A stretch of 64,000 nucleotides of DNA, from NCBI RefSeq assembly GCF_009914755.1, contig NC_060928.1, one strand, 5' to 3'. Of the stretch, positions 49,400-64,000 are shown in pieces (positions within the stretch are counted from its first letter, which is position 1; each line of letters opens with the position of its first letter). The stretch comes from the human T2T-CHM13v2.0 reference genome, Homo sapiens. The notes beneath the pieces were generated by a model, which was given only the letters and a program-made list of their open reading frames with translations, was not told the DNA's origin and did not search any database. Made by a program: the position numbers and the translations under genes.

Positions 49400-49718
49400 C
49401 CAGCTTTTCGAATGCTAATATGCATACGATTTCCTGGGGATCTCGTGAAATGCAGATTCTGATTCAGTGGGTCGGGGGTGGGGCCTGAGATTCTAACATT
49501 CTCGCTGATTGGGCTGATCAGAGTCCCATACATGACGTTCTCAGACCTTCCCTTCCAGCGCATCAGAATCAGGGCTCGTTAAAATGCAGATCGCGGGGCC
49601 CCTCCTGCAGAGGCTCTCATTCCACAAGTCTCGGGTGGAACCTGAGGATTTGTGTCTCTAGTAAGCTCCCAGGTCATGCTGATGTTGCTGGTTTGGGGAG
49701 AACACTTTCAAACCACTG
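49400..49718. mobile_element. two MER5A/B hAT-Charlie fragments
   Basis: aaatgcagattctgattcagtgggtc...ggggcctgagattct; ctcccaggtcatgctgatgttgctgg...aaccactg. Confidence 0.8.
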
Positions 49719-50594
49719 TCCAAAACCAATGCCCTGAGAAGAAGCGAGCGCGTTTTTCCATGGGGTTCCCTACTGTCCAGGCACCAGGAATGGCTCTGCT
49801 TGAGGGCAGAAGATGGGGTTTGACTGAGAAGGTCTAGGCTGCCGTTCTCCATTGGACGTATTTTCTGGAGCTGTTCGCTTACCCTGGAAGGCCCCTTTTC
49901 TTCCTCTCTCTCCAAATTGCCTCCCACTCATTTCCAAAGCTCAGTGCCGGCGTCACCTCCTCCAGGGAGCCTTCTTTTCCTCCAGGCCTGAGTTTGTTTC
50001 TGCAGTACATTTTGCATGTCTGTATCATCACTTCATTTCACCACAGTGACCTATTTGCAGGTAATAGATAGTGCGGGAGGTCCTCTCTGAAACCTCAGAG
50101 AACAGGACAGAGAAAGTAGCAAGCAGATATTTCTTAAATGAATGAACAAATATCTTTCCAGTGGCATCTTTGCCTGCTGTGTGTCCTTGGACAGGTTATT
50201 TAACCTCTCTGATGCTTGGGTTTCCCATCTATAAAGTGAAAATGGTAATGTCTACCCCACAGAGTTGCTGTGACTAGTTCTAATGTATGTAAATGGGCCA
50301 GTCACAGACAAGTCATAGATGAAGCTTTTGTTGTTTTTGATATTTTTAGTGTGAATTTTTATTATTGTCCTCAAGGTCAATATTTTTATCCTTAAAGTCA
50401 CTAATTTGACTAAGGTTTTGCCCTAGTTGACATAAAACATATTTTGAGGATGTTAAGCCGTTGGGGGGAGATACGAATATGACTCATATGTCTTCAGCAC
50501 TTTACAGTTTGCCTGACAATTTTGCCACAAGTTAAGTCATTTAATCCTCACAAAAGTCCAGCCTAGGAAGTACTATCAAGTTGAGGCTCAGAGA

Positions 50595-51085
50595 GGTGCC
50601 GGCGCTAACCCACGTTCACACGCGGCCCTTTTTCAACCTCGTTGCCTCAAAGGCGGGGAGCTGTGCTCATTGAGGACTTGGTCTGCTTCCCCAGGCCCAC
50701 AGCTCGAGGACGTGAGACCTCACTGTCTTTTCTAGCTTAGAAAACAGCTCCTGCCGAAAATCGCAGAAAACCCTCCTTTCTGAGGTTCCAATGTGTTTTC
50801 TGAGGAGTGTGTTTATCCCGGATATGTGTTCCCTCTCCCAGAATTCTGGGGTCGGCTAGGCTTAGGAGCTTGGTATCCTCCGCCTCGTTCCCGAGGCCCT
50901 AGACACCCCTCAGTGAGGAAGCCATTGCGGGAGGGCTCAGCGTTTTCTGGACTTCACAGCTGTGGCATTCCCGTTCCTCGACGCCAGTGGGCGCTCTGCT
51001 CGTCCTTCTCCCTTCCTCCGAAGCAGCCTTGGCTCCGTCTTCAGGATGTTCTTCCCACCGCCTTTGGGATTTTGGAAGGCCGTTC
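50595..51085. promoter_or_regulatory. weak CpG-island-like segment with partial CTCF motif
   Basis: About 27 CpG in ~490 bp by hand count; ACGCCAGTGGGCGC at 50981-50994. Confidence 0.4.
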
Positions 51086-51099
51086 TCCCTTCCCCACTA

Positions 51100-51397
51100 T
51101 TTCTAGCTTCCTCTAAGTCTCTGAGCAGAAAGGCCTTTCCTGACCAGCTTATGGGCAACGGTGACCCCGCCCCTTACCTGTCACCCTCCCCCATTTTACT
51201 TTCCTTCATAGAACTCATGACCAGCCAGCTGACATGGTTCCTGTTGTATTTTTGTGGTCTGGCTCTGCCCAGTAGGATACAAGCTTCATGAGGGCTGCGA
51301 CAATTGTACTTTTTCTCCACTGTTTTCCCGGTGCCCACAACAGCACCTGGCTCATTGCAGGCACTCAATGAACATTTGTTGATGAATGAATGAATGA
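51100..51397 (+). mobile_element. L2 3' end
   Basis: Ends gcactcaatgaacatttgttgatgaatgaatgaatga. Confidence 0.8.
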
Positions 51398-51406
51398 GGC
51401 TGGATT

Positions 51407-52350
<944 letters not shown>

Positions 52351-52671
52351 GACTGGCTCCATGAGTGTCACTCAGCATCTTCCCAGTTGGCTCTGGCCAT
52401 GGGCATCTGGCACCCAGATCCTAGTGCTGGCTCCTTCCAGGCCCAGGCCTGAGCCCTGCCACAGAGGCAGCCCTGGAGAGGCAGAATTGCACCTCAATGT
52501 GATCGGTTGTGTTCAAGAGGCAGGTGGCATAGAACAATGAAAAACCAAGAGCGTAACAGTCAGGCAGATCTGAGTTCAAATCCTGGTTCTTCCTCTGCTT
52601 AGCATTGTGGTCTTGGTCAACTTACTTTGGTGTCCTGAGCCTCAGGCTGCCATTGTTAAATAATGATTCCC

Positions 52672-52794
52672 ACCTGGCACGGTGACTCATGCCTGTAATC
52701 CCAACACTTTGGGAGGCCAAGGCCGATGGATTGCTTGAGCCCAGGAGTTCAACAACAGCCTGAGCAACATGGGGAAACCCTGTCTCTACAAAAG
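52672..52794 (+). mobile_element. FLAM / Alu left monomer after a MIR
   Basis: Single left arm. Confidence 0.85.
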
Positions 52795-54733
52795 AGGAAA
52801 TGTGTTCTGTATCCTCCTGCTGGCTCCCAAACCTACCTCTAGCTTACAAAACCCAAGCACTTTGTGCTACCCTGGACATGGTTAAAGCTAATTCTTGAAG
52901 CAGAAGTTGGCGGAATGTAAAAAAGCCTTTGCTAAGGACTTGACCAGGGGAAAACTCCAAGCTTGGAGGCCTCCTAACTGCTGCATTCTCAGAGCAGTCT
53001 CCCGCCCAGGGCGAGAGCTCCTGCCATTCAGGAGGGACCTTTCTCTCTGGTGAGCTTTGAGGATGGGCCTGTGACCTTTTCCCAGCACCTTGGCTCCAGA
53101 AAAAATGTGCAGAAGCCTTTTTTCCTAGAAGCCTTGTGATTACTCTGAAACCAGTGCTCATGGGAGTGGCTGCAGGAATAAATCTTGAAGATGTTTATCC
53201 TGAAAATTCCAGGTCTAATTTATGTCCTCCTCCAAACAGCATCTTGGCTTGCCAGCCATTAGGGTCATCATACACGGAACAACATCTCTGGGTCTCAGAG
53301 CATAAATACCTACTGTCAACTGGGCTGGGAGAGGGCAGGCTCTTTATGGATGGGGGATTGGGATTGAGGGGTCTGCTGGGCTTCCAGTTACCTTCCAGCC
53401 CCCTCCAGAGGAGGTGATACTGCTTTTATCAACTCCTTGTAAGATGAGATTTAAACCTAGTCAGTCCTTAGGATTCTATTGACAGCAATTTGTAGGGCTG
53501 GGTGGAACACCCACAAACAAACCCAATTAGAAGAAACCTCTGACATGTTAGATAAAGATGACAAAAGGCCTGTCTCAGGCACCAAAGTTAGTCACCGTTG
53601 CTGCAAACATGTCTGGATTCCTGGGAAGTTCTTCAGGGTTTAGTTACTTGGGGCAAAGAGAAAACTTAGCAGCTGAGTTTATTTTACAGAGACACCCAGG
53701 GAAGGGAGTGGAAGGAGCAGATAGACCTGGATATAAACCCTGGCTCCCTGAGTACGGGTGTGGGCCAGTGTGCAGGGCACAAAGCCTTTCTGTGTCAATG
53801 TGTGCTCAGCCTTGCACAAGCATGCATGTGTGTGTGTGTATGTGGGTGTCTGTCTGTCTTACGTGGACAGGGAGTGCCTGATACACAGTAGGTCCTCATG
53901 CTGGCAAACCCCTTTTTGCTGGTACACTTTTCTTTCTAGAACCCTCATTTTTCTGCCCTTCAAGTGAACGATGTGATTGATTGAGTCACAGATTGACGCA
54001 TTCATTCGTTTACTGTTCAGTACATTCAGTACAAGTTTACTGTGTGCTTGCCATGTGTTGGACACTGAATTCAGCAATGGGCAATATTCCAAGTATTAGG
54101 GTCTTTCTCCATTATTCAAGTGCTGTTGACTCCAGTGAGGACACTGTGGGCAGGCGTGGAGATGTGATGTACCCTGAGCAGACAGACACTTGAGTTTCCA
54201 TTCCCAGCACCAGGGTGGTGCCAAGTACACAGTGACGTGCCACTCCCTTTGGACACGTTTATTACATTTACTGTCCTTTGTTCCCCCTGGAATGCAAGCT
54301 CCACGAAGGCGGGGATCTTCGTCTGTTTTGTTCACTGATATCCCCAGAACCTAGTGCCCTGCTGATATAGTAGGCACTTGATATGTATTTGTCGGATGAA
54401 CGGGTAATATAGTCACTCACAGGCAGCTTTCAGGATGAGAATGTTTGTCTGATCCTCTCATTTATAAAAATCCTCACAACAACTACTCTCCACCCTGTCC
54501 CCAGTGTTGAAAGAATCTATAGAGTAGAAATAATCAGCCCATTGGCTATTTCAATAATATATTTAGTTCTGAAAATCTCTTAATTGACTCTGACTCCTCT
54601 CTGAGTCCTTTCCTTAGACCTCCCTTAAAACTCTAGCCTGGTTTGTTCACTGTAGGACGAAGGAGTTTGTGAGACTCTGGCTCTGAAGGCTGCCTAGGAG
54701 CTTGGCAAAAGCGTCTGTCCGGAGTCCTGCAAT

Positions 54734-54986
54734 AACCACGCCCCTCACCCCTTTACGACCACACCCACTTATTCCCGACCACGCCCACGCATCCCTCCTT
54801 TAGTCCCAGCCCCTGTCCCCTTCAGGACCACGCCTACCCCCTCCCTGACCACTCCCATCCCTATAGGACTAGCCTCTCCTCCCCTCAGGACCACGCCCCT
54901 CTCCCATTCCAGGCCACGCCCACCCCATTCAGGACCTCGCCCACCTCCTCCTCGGACCACGCCCGTTCTCCTCACGCCCACGCCCA
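54734..54986. repeat. degenerate ~21-23-bp GC-box (KLF/SP) tandem array
   Basis: Six exact CCACGCCC (54736, 54779, 54891, 54914, 54957, 54978) plus about five one-mismatch variants. Confidence 0.85.
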
Positions 54987-55323
54987 GCTCATCTTCCATT
55001 CAGGTCTTCTACTCCGAGTGGACTTTTGGAAGCCTCTTTGATGGTTGCAGCATTAGTAGTATTTCTCTGCACACATTATCCTGACGCCGATTCAGACCAC
55101 GTTCCCTTACCCCCTGACTTTGCTCAAAGAGACAGATCTCCATACTTCTTCCCTCCATTTGCTATCTTAACTCCACCCACCATCATCACACACATATTGT
55201 AGGAAATTTAGAACATAAAGGTGTAAAAAGCTGAAAAACTTCTATCCATTTATTCTACTACTCTGAGGACTGGAGATAATCTTTTGGCCCGTTTCTAATA
55301 GTCTATTTCTTTTTCTTTATTAG

Positions 55324-55730
<407 letters not shown>

Positions 55731-55939
55731 AAATCTCATTTTTAAATGGCTGCTTAATAATTCATGGTGTGAATGAGGCATCATTTCTTAGTCCCTAATT
55801 TTTTGGACATTTATATTAATTCCAGTTAACAATTAGGTGACACATGTAATTGTGCACACTTCTTTGTCTGCATTTTGACATATTTCCTAAGGATTGATTG
55901 CTCTAAGTAGCTTTACAAGGGGTCAGAGAGCACTGATGT

Positions 55940-56520
55940 TTTTCTTTTTCTTTTTCTTTTTTTTTTCTATTGTGGTAAAATATATATAACATAAAAGTGA
56001 CCTTTTAATTGTTTTTAAATGTATTGTTCAGTGGCACTGAGTACATTCATATTATTATACCACAATCAACCCCATCCATCTGCAGAATTTTTCCATCTTG
56101 CAAAACTGAAACTCTGTCTCCATTAAATATGAACCCTACCCCTGCTCCTCCAGGCCCTGGCAGTCATCATTCTGCTTCTGTCTCTATGATTTTGACTACT
56201 CTAGGAACTTCAGACAAGTACAGTATTTGTCTTTTTGTAACTGATTATTTCATTTGGCATAATGTCCTCGAGCTCTACCCATGTTGTGGCATGTATCAGT
56301 ATTCCCTTCCTTTTTGAGGCTGAATAATATTCCATTGCATGTGTATGTATTACTTTTTTTTTAATTTTTTTTTTGAGACCGAGTCTCTGTCGCCCAGGCT
56401 GGAGTGCAGTGGCGCGACCTCATATGTATTATGTTTTATTTATCCATTCATCTGTCGTGGACATTTGGGCTGTTCCCACCTTTTGGCTATCGTGAATAAT
56501 GCAGTTATGAACATGTGGGT
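55940..56520 (-). mobile_element. L1MB 3' end with a ~70-bp 5'-truncated Alu (56353-56422)
   Basis: ttgcaaaactgaaactctg; Alu TSD tatgtatta. Confidence 0.85.
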
Positions 56521-56724
56521 GCACCAGCCTTTTAAAGATTCTTAATAAGCTTTATCATCTGGAAAAGTTGTACCAATTTCCATATCCACTAGCAGTGGCT
56601 GCATGAGTGCCTATTTTACTATATTCAGCACTTGACAGCAATTTTCAAAATGGAAGACCTGTGAATATTGAGGGGGACATGCTGTAATGAAATTACATGT
56701 AATAATAGGAAAAGGCTTATTCTC

Positions 56725-57105
56725 TTTACCCACTCACCTACCCTTCTTCCTTCCAAACACCTACCCATCCACCTATCTGTCCACCTGCTCACTTACCCAC
56801 CCTTTCTTCCACCCACCTATCCATCTACCTATCCATCACCCACCCACTTGCTCACCCATCTACCCACCCACTCACCTGTACAGGTATCCACCCACCTGTC
56901 TACTGGTCTTACATATTTAATCCGCCTGCCCATCCATCAGTCCATCCATCCATCCATCCATCCATCATCTATCCACCCATCCATCCACCTATCCAGCCAT
57001 CCATCCACCCACCTATCCATCTACCCATCCATCCATTCACCCATCCGGTTATCCACCCATCATCCATCTATCCACCCATCCATTCATCCACCCATCCACC
57101 CATCT
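56725..57105. repeat. degenerate (CCAT)n/(CCAC)n tetranucleotide repeat
   Basis: Read directly from sequence. Confidence 0.92.
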
Positions 57106-57139
57106 TTTCTGTCTTTTCCAGCTCCATCTTCTTGAAGCT

Positions 57140-60100
57140 ACTCTCTTATTTGTTTACAACACAACAGAATAAGAAGATGAGAATATCTAAGAATCGTTCT
57201 CTCTCTGTCCTTTATTCCTGCAGGGGCATCTGAAAGGTCACACTTTATTACCTTTCTAAGTCATTCCCCTGCTCCCTGCCTTGGGCCCCCACTCTCTTTG
57301 AAATTCCTCTATTGAATCTTTGAATCTTTTAAATAAAGATCAAATTTCTCTGCCTCCTCCCACCTCCTAGTTTGCACCATGTTATACTTTCAATTGTTAC
57401 TGTGGAGTTACAGTTTCACCAAGGAGCCTCCCCTGCTTTTGTTCTTTCCTAAGCAGGTGGGTTGGTGAGGTGGCTGCCTGTGATTCTAGTGGCTTTTATG
57501 GGGGCCTTTGGCAGAGGAGGAGTTTCTGAGCTCTGAAATATCTCCTTTTGTAGATAGCATCTTGGGCCTGGAGCTAAGAGAATTAAGAGGTATTTACAAT
57601 GATTTACAGCAAATGTTATACTATGTTACAGTCTCACTTTGTCCTGAAATTTGTAAGGCAAGATCTGGTGTGCGTGTGTGTGTTTTAATGTAAGCATAAT
57701 GATAGGCATATTATATGGGGGTATTTCTATAAAAAGTAGAAAACAACTATAATATTTATCTCTCTATTAATTCCCTGGAAATCACTCTAGGATGGATTTA
57801 AGAAGAGAGGTTATCTCAAATAAATGGAATAAATAATAAGCAAAAAAGCATTTTAGAATGAGGCCGAATTGGCATCCAAAATAAAGTGAGGGATAAGAAG
57901 AAGATCCTAAAGTTGGCTTAACAAATGCTTTGATCTTTTACAAATGGGTTTCTCAGCTAAAAAGAAAATAGAGAGAAAGGTGTACTGTCATAGAGTTCAC
58001 ATTTTACAAAGCAGGTCATTTCAGACTCTGCTGGAGGGTGTGCTGCTCCCCCAGCTGGAGTCTGCACTGACTTCAGACAGGAGTTCTAACGGAGGGCACG
58101 TGGCTCATGCACACTGCGTGTTTCTCCATCATCTTTTATAGCGGCAACCCCACTTCCCCAGTTGTTTACTTTGAGGGCAATTTCCGTATCAGTCCAATAG
58201 GTACTTGAGAGAGAGAAGCCCTTTTATAAAATTTAGCTTAGGATTAAGCCAAAAATACCACCATGTGGGGGAAGATTCCTGTTCCAAACACTACCTGTGT
58301 GTGTATCCATGCACAAGGCTCTCGGCTTCCAACTGCCACGGGGAGTTCACGGCAAATACCGTCCATTCCCAAGAAGCCAGCATTGATCACTGTCGAGCAC
58401 TGAGGAGACTGGAAACAGGGCGCAGTTGTTATTTTAGAAGCAAACTACTCCCTTTCCTACTGCCTTTCCTAAGGACTCTCTTGTAGTTGGGCTTTCCTGG
58501 GGCTATTTCAGTTCTTTTGGGCCCTCTGACCAAAAAAAAGTTCATTTAAATTTTCTTTTTTCAAATTTTCAAATGACATTTGGAGAAAAGAGGAGGGGAG
58601 CTGAGGTAGGACAGTGTTTGCCTCAAAGTAAACCACTGAGAGAGTGGGGGTGCCACTATAAAAGATGATGGAGAAATACACCCAAGTGTGCACTAATGAG
58701 AATCCACATCTTCCCCCAAATCCATATAGAAGAGTTGGCTTCAGGAGGACATTTCCAGAACTTTCCAGAAAGGTCTTCACTTACCCCTTCAGAGAATCTT
58801 CGCAGCCATTTCTTCTCCAGGGGAGCAAACTTATTTCCCACAGCTTCCCATGAGTACCAGTGTCACAGCCATCCTCATGTAAGTGGCACTCTGCATGGCG
58901 GCCTCATGCAGAAGAAAGGCTACTCTTTGAATAACTCGTGTATTGTCATAGTTTTTACATCCTTCCCCCTCCTCCTTACCTTCTCAATTTCACTCTTCTA
59001 TGTCCTATTCTTTAGTAATGTTTTTTAAAAAATTCCCTCTTTTCTTGTCTGTCTTTTCCTGTTCTTAAATATGTCGTGTTACTGGCAATTATGGATTTCT
59101 TTACGACTAGGGTCATATCTGTTGTGAGTCTTTCCCAGTGCCTTGCCTTCCTCCCCACCAAAAAAAAAAAAAAAAAAAAAAAAAAAGGCTCTGACTTGAT
59201 AAGAAATTCTTTGACATTTTGAGCTGGGAAACTTCATTCAGCGGGATATTGCCGGCAGGAGGTCTGCCGCCCAGCTTAGGGTGCAAGCAGGGCTGGGGTG
59301 TGGGCGTTTTCCTGGGAGCTCCTGATTTACATCGACCTCAAGTATGAAGCCAGTAAAAGTGCCAGCGATGCTGTGTCTTTGAGGTTAAAAAATCTCTTGT
59401 GTTGATATGGCTAATTCTGGGCCACAAGTAGCAAAGTCCGCAGAAATGTATTTTCAGACTCAGGAAATCTCCAGGCTAAATTTAAATGCTCTACCTGAGT
59501 GCGCTTCTCAGTGAGGCTTTTGAAAACCGAGATGTGAAATGAATCGCAGATCACTTTAAAATGCGTTTATTCATCTTGGAAAAAGTCTCTCCGCTGAATT
59601 CTTTAGCTTCTCGGAGCCAAAATGTCTGTGCTGCATTAACACTCCCTGCCCCCACCTTTAGCTCCAGCAGCTTTCCAAGTGTGTCTTCTCTTTTCCTTAA
59701 AAACAAAACATTCTTCCCTTTTTCCCATTATGCAATTCAAGCTGGCAGTTAGCAAAGGCTGTAATTACCGAAAATATCTGAATAGCTTCATTACCGTGGA
59801 CAAGTTATTGTCAGTACCGTGTATCAGTTTACAGCCATCTTTTCTCACTTTTCCCACACCGCTAACAATCCAGCAGTTAATACACATCTTTTAGCCATCC
59901 GATGTTGTTTGAGATAGTTGTGGTTGACAACAAAGAAGAAGTATTAGGAAACATACTTTGCAAAACATGTATTCCCCTTTGCAAGATGTAAAGGATGCGT
60001 TTGAGCAGCGGTGACCGCAGTGGGCTTGTAGTTCTCAGGTTCTACACAAGAGGGCACTTTGGTATCCCCTTGCACAAGACCCTGAGAATGACAGGGTGCT

Positions 60101-60600
60101 GTGTGGTAGTAACTTTCGTAAAAGTATTTCATATCCACGGCCTGCTTACTTTTGGCAAAATTACTTCCAGCCACAATTAAGAAAAGGGAAAGTTATATTT
60201 CTACAGAGTCCTTGTTTTACTTGTGTGCTCAACTTGCTTAGATGACTTAGTTTCCTAATGACAGCGCCTTCTAAGGAAGTGATGTGGATTATCCAACTAA
60301 GGTCGTGTCACTTTTGCGATCAGAGTCCACTGTGGGCAAAACCAGGGAATGTTCAAACGTTGTCCTTCAAAAGTCATCTCATCTCAAACTGTTACGCAGG
60401 TGATAAAGGTTCTAAATGAGCACTATCCGCTTCCTGTTTTTCATCCTTATCTCATTAATTAAACCCATGATCCATACCAGCACCTGCACCCCAGATATAG
60501 CTTCTCAGGTAGAGCTAAGCCAGATTTTGAGAAAAAATGTATGGCTGAATTATTAATAATTTCCACTGAGACATGAACTAATCCTTCCATTCCTACCTAA
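57140..60600. promoter_or_regulatory. candidate enhancer region (3.4-kb repeat-poor island)
   Basis: No recognisable Alu, L1 or LTR; TCF, PBX-HOX x2, FOX and ETS motifs; function inferred only. Confidence 0.4.
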
Positions 60601-60649
60601 ACTCTTTTCAGAGTTAAAAACAAACAAACAAAAAAACAAAACAGTTCAG

Positions 60650-60970
<321 letters not shown>

Positions 60971-61238
60971 TAACAGTTCAAAAGAGGGTACCATGTTTAA
61001 TCATTGTTAATAAAATTCAGACTAATGAAGTAAACACTGGTATAGCAATGTGGATAAAAGTTTTTATATTATATAGATGTGGGTTGAAGTTCAGATCTTC
61101 CCACAAGGTGACTTTGGAATAGTCACTTTTCAATAATGTACTCAACAAATTTTATTGAGTGCCTACTGTGTGCAAAGCACAAGGGATGCAAAGATGAGCT
61201 AAACCAGATGGGCCCTATTCCTAGGAGCCATAGTCTAG

Positions 61239-62075
<837 letters not shown>

Positions 62076-62739
62076 AGCTGCGAGACACGCAGGTACCTGG
62101 TGTTGTGAAAGGCTATCAGAGGGCGGATGGGCTGCTGGCAGGGTAGAAAAATATCTCTGAAGATGTGAAAACAAAGCTGAGGTCTCAAGAAGATAGGTAG
62201 GGGCCCCAAAGGAAGAGCATTCCAGAGTTTGGACTAGGGGTAGAAATGAAGGTGGAGAGATTTGTATGGATCAGCCTCGCTGAGCTCATTGGTACATGGG
62301 GCTCATAGATTTGTTGAGAAGATGAGCAATAACAAGGCAGGGTGCCCAGCCTGGGGCCTAGAATGAAGTAAGTGCTCAATGCATAGCAGTAACTAGCAAT
62401 ATGTGCCAGATACTGTGTTAAATGCTGCACATATAGGAACTCATTCAATTCCCACACAGTCCTATTCTTTAGGAACGATTATTATCCAGCTTACTAACTG
62501 AAAGACAGGGAGGTTAAGTAACTTGGCCAAGGTCACTTAGTTACTGAGTGATGACACTTGGTTTTGGACTCCAAATCTATGCCACCTGACTTTCACTGTT
62601 GGTTTTGTCATTACTAGGATTTTAGTCATAAAGGCAAAAGGCCTATCTTCCTCTCTCAAGCTATAACAGGAGCAACTGATTACCAATTTAAAGCTGTGTG
62701 TGATGATGTACAACTACTTTTAAATCCCATTGATAGCCT

Positions 62740-63060
62740 GTATTAGTCAACTCTTGCCTGGTAATGCGGTGTAACAAACAACCACAATATTCGGAAGCAT
62801 TCAACAATCAATATTTACTTCTTATGGGGGTAGAAGTCGTCTGGGGCAGTGCATTTGGGCTGGCCTCAGCTGGGCGGTTCTCCTTCAAGCTGGGAGTCTG
62901 GTGGCTGAGCTTGGCTGGGATGGCTTTGCTCTCTGTATACTCATTTTTCGTTATCTCTGAAGGAACATCAACTACTTGGGGACTCTCTTCTCAGGGTGAT
63001 GGCAGAAATGCATAGAGAAGAAGTGCAAACCCATGATACATCTTCAGGCCTTGCCTGGAA
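62740..63060 (-). mobile_element. old MaLR/ERVL LTR fragment
   Basis: tgtattagtcaactcttgcc...gtaacaaacaaccaca. Confidence 0.55.
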
Positions 63061-63629
63061 CTTGCAAGTGATTTGCTCAAGGAGGCAGAGCTAGGAACTA
63101 CCAGGGCCAGATTCATACCCACGTCTGTTGGACTCCAACGCTGTAGAAAGCTCCACATCGTGCTGCCTTGCTTAGGTGGAGTATGATCCTTAGACGGCAT
63201 CCAGGACAGAGGTGGTCACATTACATACATTTATATATTATTACATTAATAAATATATAATTTATACATATACTTATTACATACATACACTTATGAATGT
63301 CTATGTTTCCATAAAATTGCTGGATGTGAAAGTACCCAGGATTATCTGAGCAGGGGGCGGCCATGGGAGGTACTGTGGACGGAGCATGGCCTTTGGCATC
63401 TAAAGCTCTTTGCACTTAATGTTTCATCTGGGAGACTGTATGGCTGTTCCTGGCTGAGAAATTTGACTTTGACACCACGGCTGCAAAAAGTCCTGCAGAC
63501 TTCAGCATCCTATGTTAATTTTTATCTAAGTGGTGTGTTAGCTGATGGGGTTACTCTAACAGCAGAACAAAGTACAGTGCTTATTTCTTTAAAGTTTTAC
63601 ACTTTTCATTTCCGTTTCATTCTCTTTCT

Positions 63630-63801
63630 TTGTCTTTTGTTTTGTTTTTGTTTTTGTTTTTGTTTTTGTTTTTTTCTCTTTGTGGAGAACAGGATCTCGC
63701 TATGTTGCCCAGGGTGGTCTCAAACCCCTGGGCTCAAGCTATCCTTCTGCTTCTGCCTCCCTAAATGCTAGGATCATAGGTGTGAGCCCCTGTGTCCAGC
63801 C
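63630..63801 (-). mobile_element. FLAM with (TTTTTG)n tail
   Basis: Single left arm. Confidence 0.85.
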
Positions 63802-64000
63802 TTTCCTTCGATTTCTGTTGATTGTCTCTCTTAATAGTTTCATTGGCTAAGTTAACTCAAGAGTGATTTCACTCAGTTGGCTTACTCATAGAATGGGAAT
63901 AGCATATCTACCCCACGGGCTTCTTGTGAAGATAAAATAAGACAATGTTTGCCCAGGGCAGGATGGGGATAGTAGTCTGCTGGGCCTCCCATGACAAAGT

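Noticed and set aside
48965-49462. 165-aa ORF in unique DNA
   Set aside because: Non-ATG start, no recognisable family, ends in MER5; expected by chance in GC-rich DNA
54734-54986. CRISPR-like repeat-spacer appearance
   Set aside because: Cores only ~10 bp and degenerate, spacers ~12 bp and C-rich, no cas genes, primate context
56668-57135. 155-aa His/Pro/Ser-rich ORF
   Set aside because: Translation of a (CCAT)n simple repeat

Overview
This is primate (very likely human) non-coding genomic DNA. It is dominated by interspersed repeats: about 40 Alu/FLAM/FAM copies or fragments, solo LTRs (THE1, MST, MLT1, MLT2A1, LTR10, MER51, MER41B, MER39-like), L1, L2, MIR and hAT DNA-transposon relics, plus microsatellites. 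No protein-coding exon, tRNA, rRNA or CRISPR array can be supported; the listed ORFs come from repeats, low-complexity DNA or chance. Between the repeats lie several repeat-poor islands (about 22.4-24.7, 47.1-49.4 and 57.1-60.6 kb) that carry developmental transcription-factor motifs and are candidate enhancers. The most notable signals are: (1) an array of KLF/SP GC-boxes at 54.7-55.0 kb next to an old AluSp that has kept about 21 CpGs, suggesting a germline-unmethylated regulatory element; (2) intact DUX4 motifs in a convergent THE1 pair and a DUX4-type site in an MLT2A1; (3) many templated-insertion and template-switch scars. I see no evidence of a novel multi-gene system. Subfamily names come from recalled consensus sequences, not from an alignment, and boundaries of old elements are approximate.
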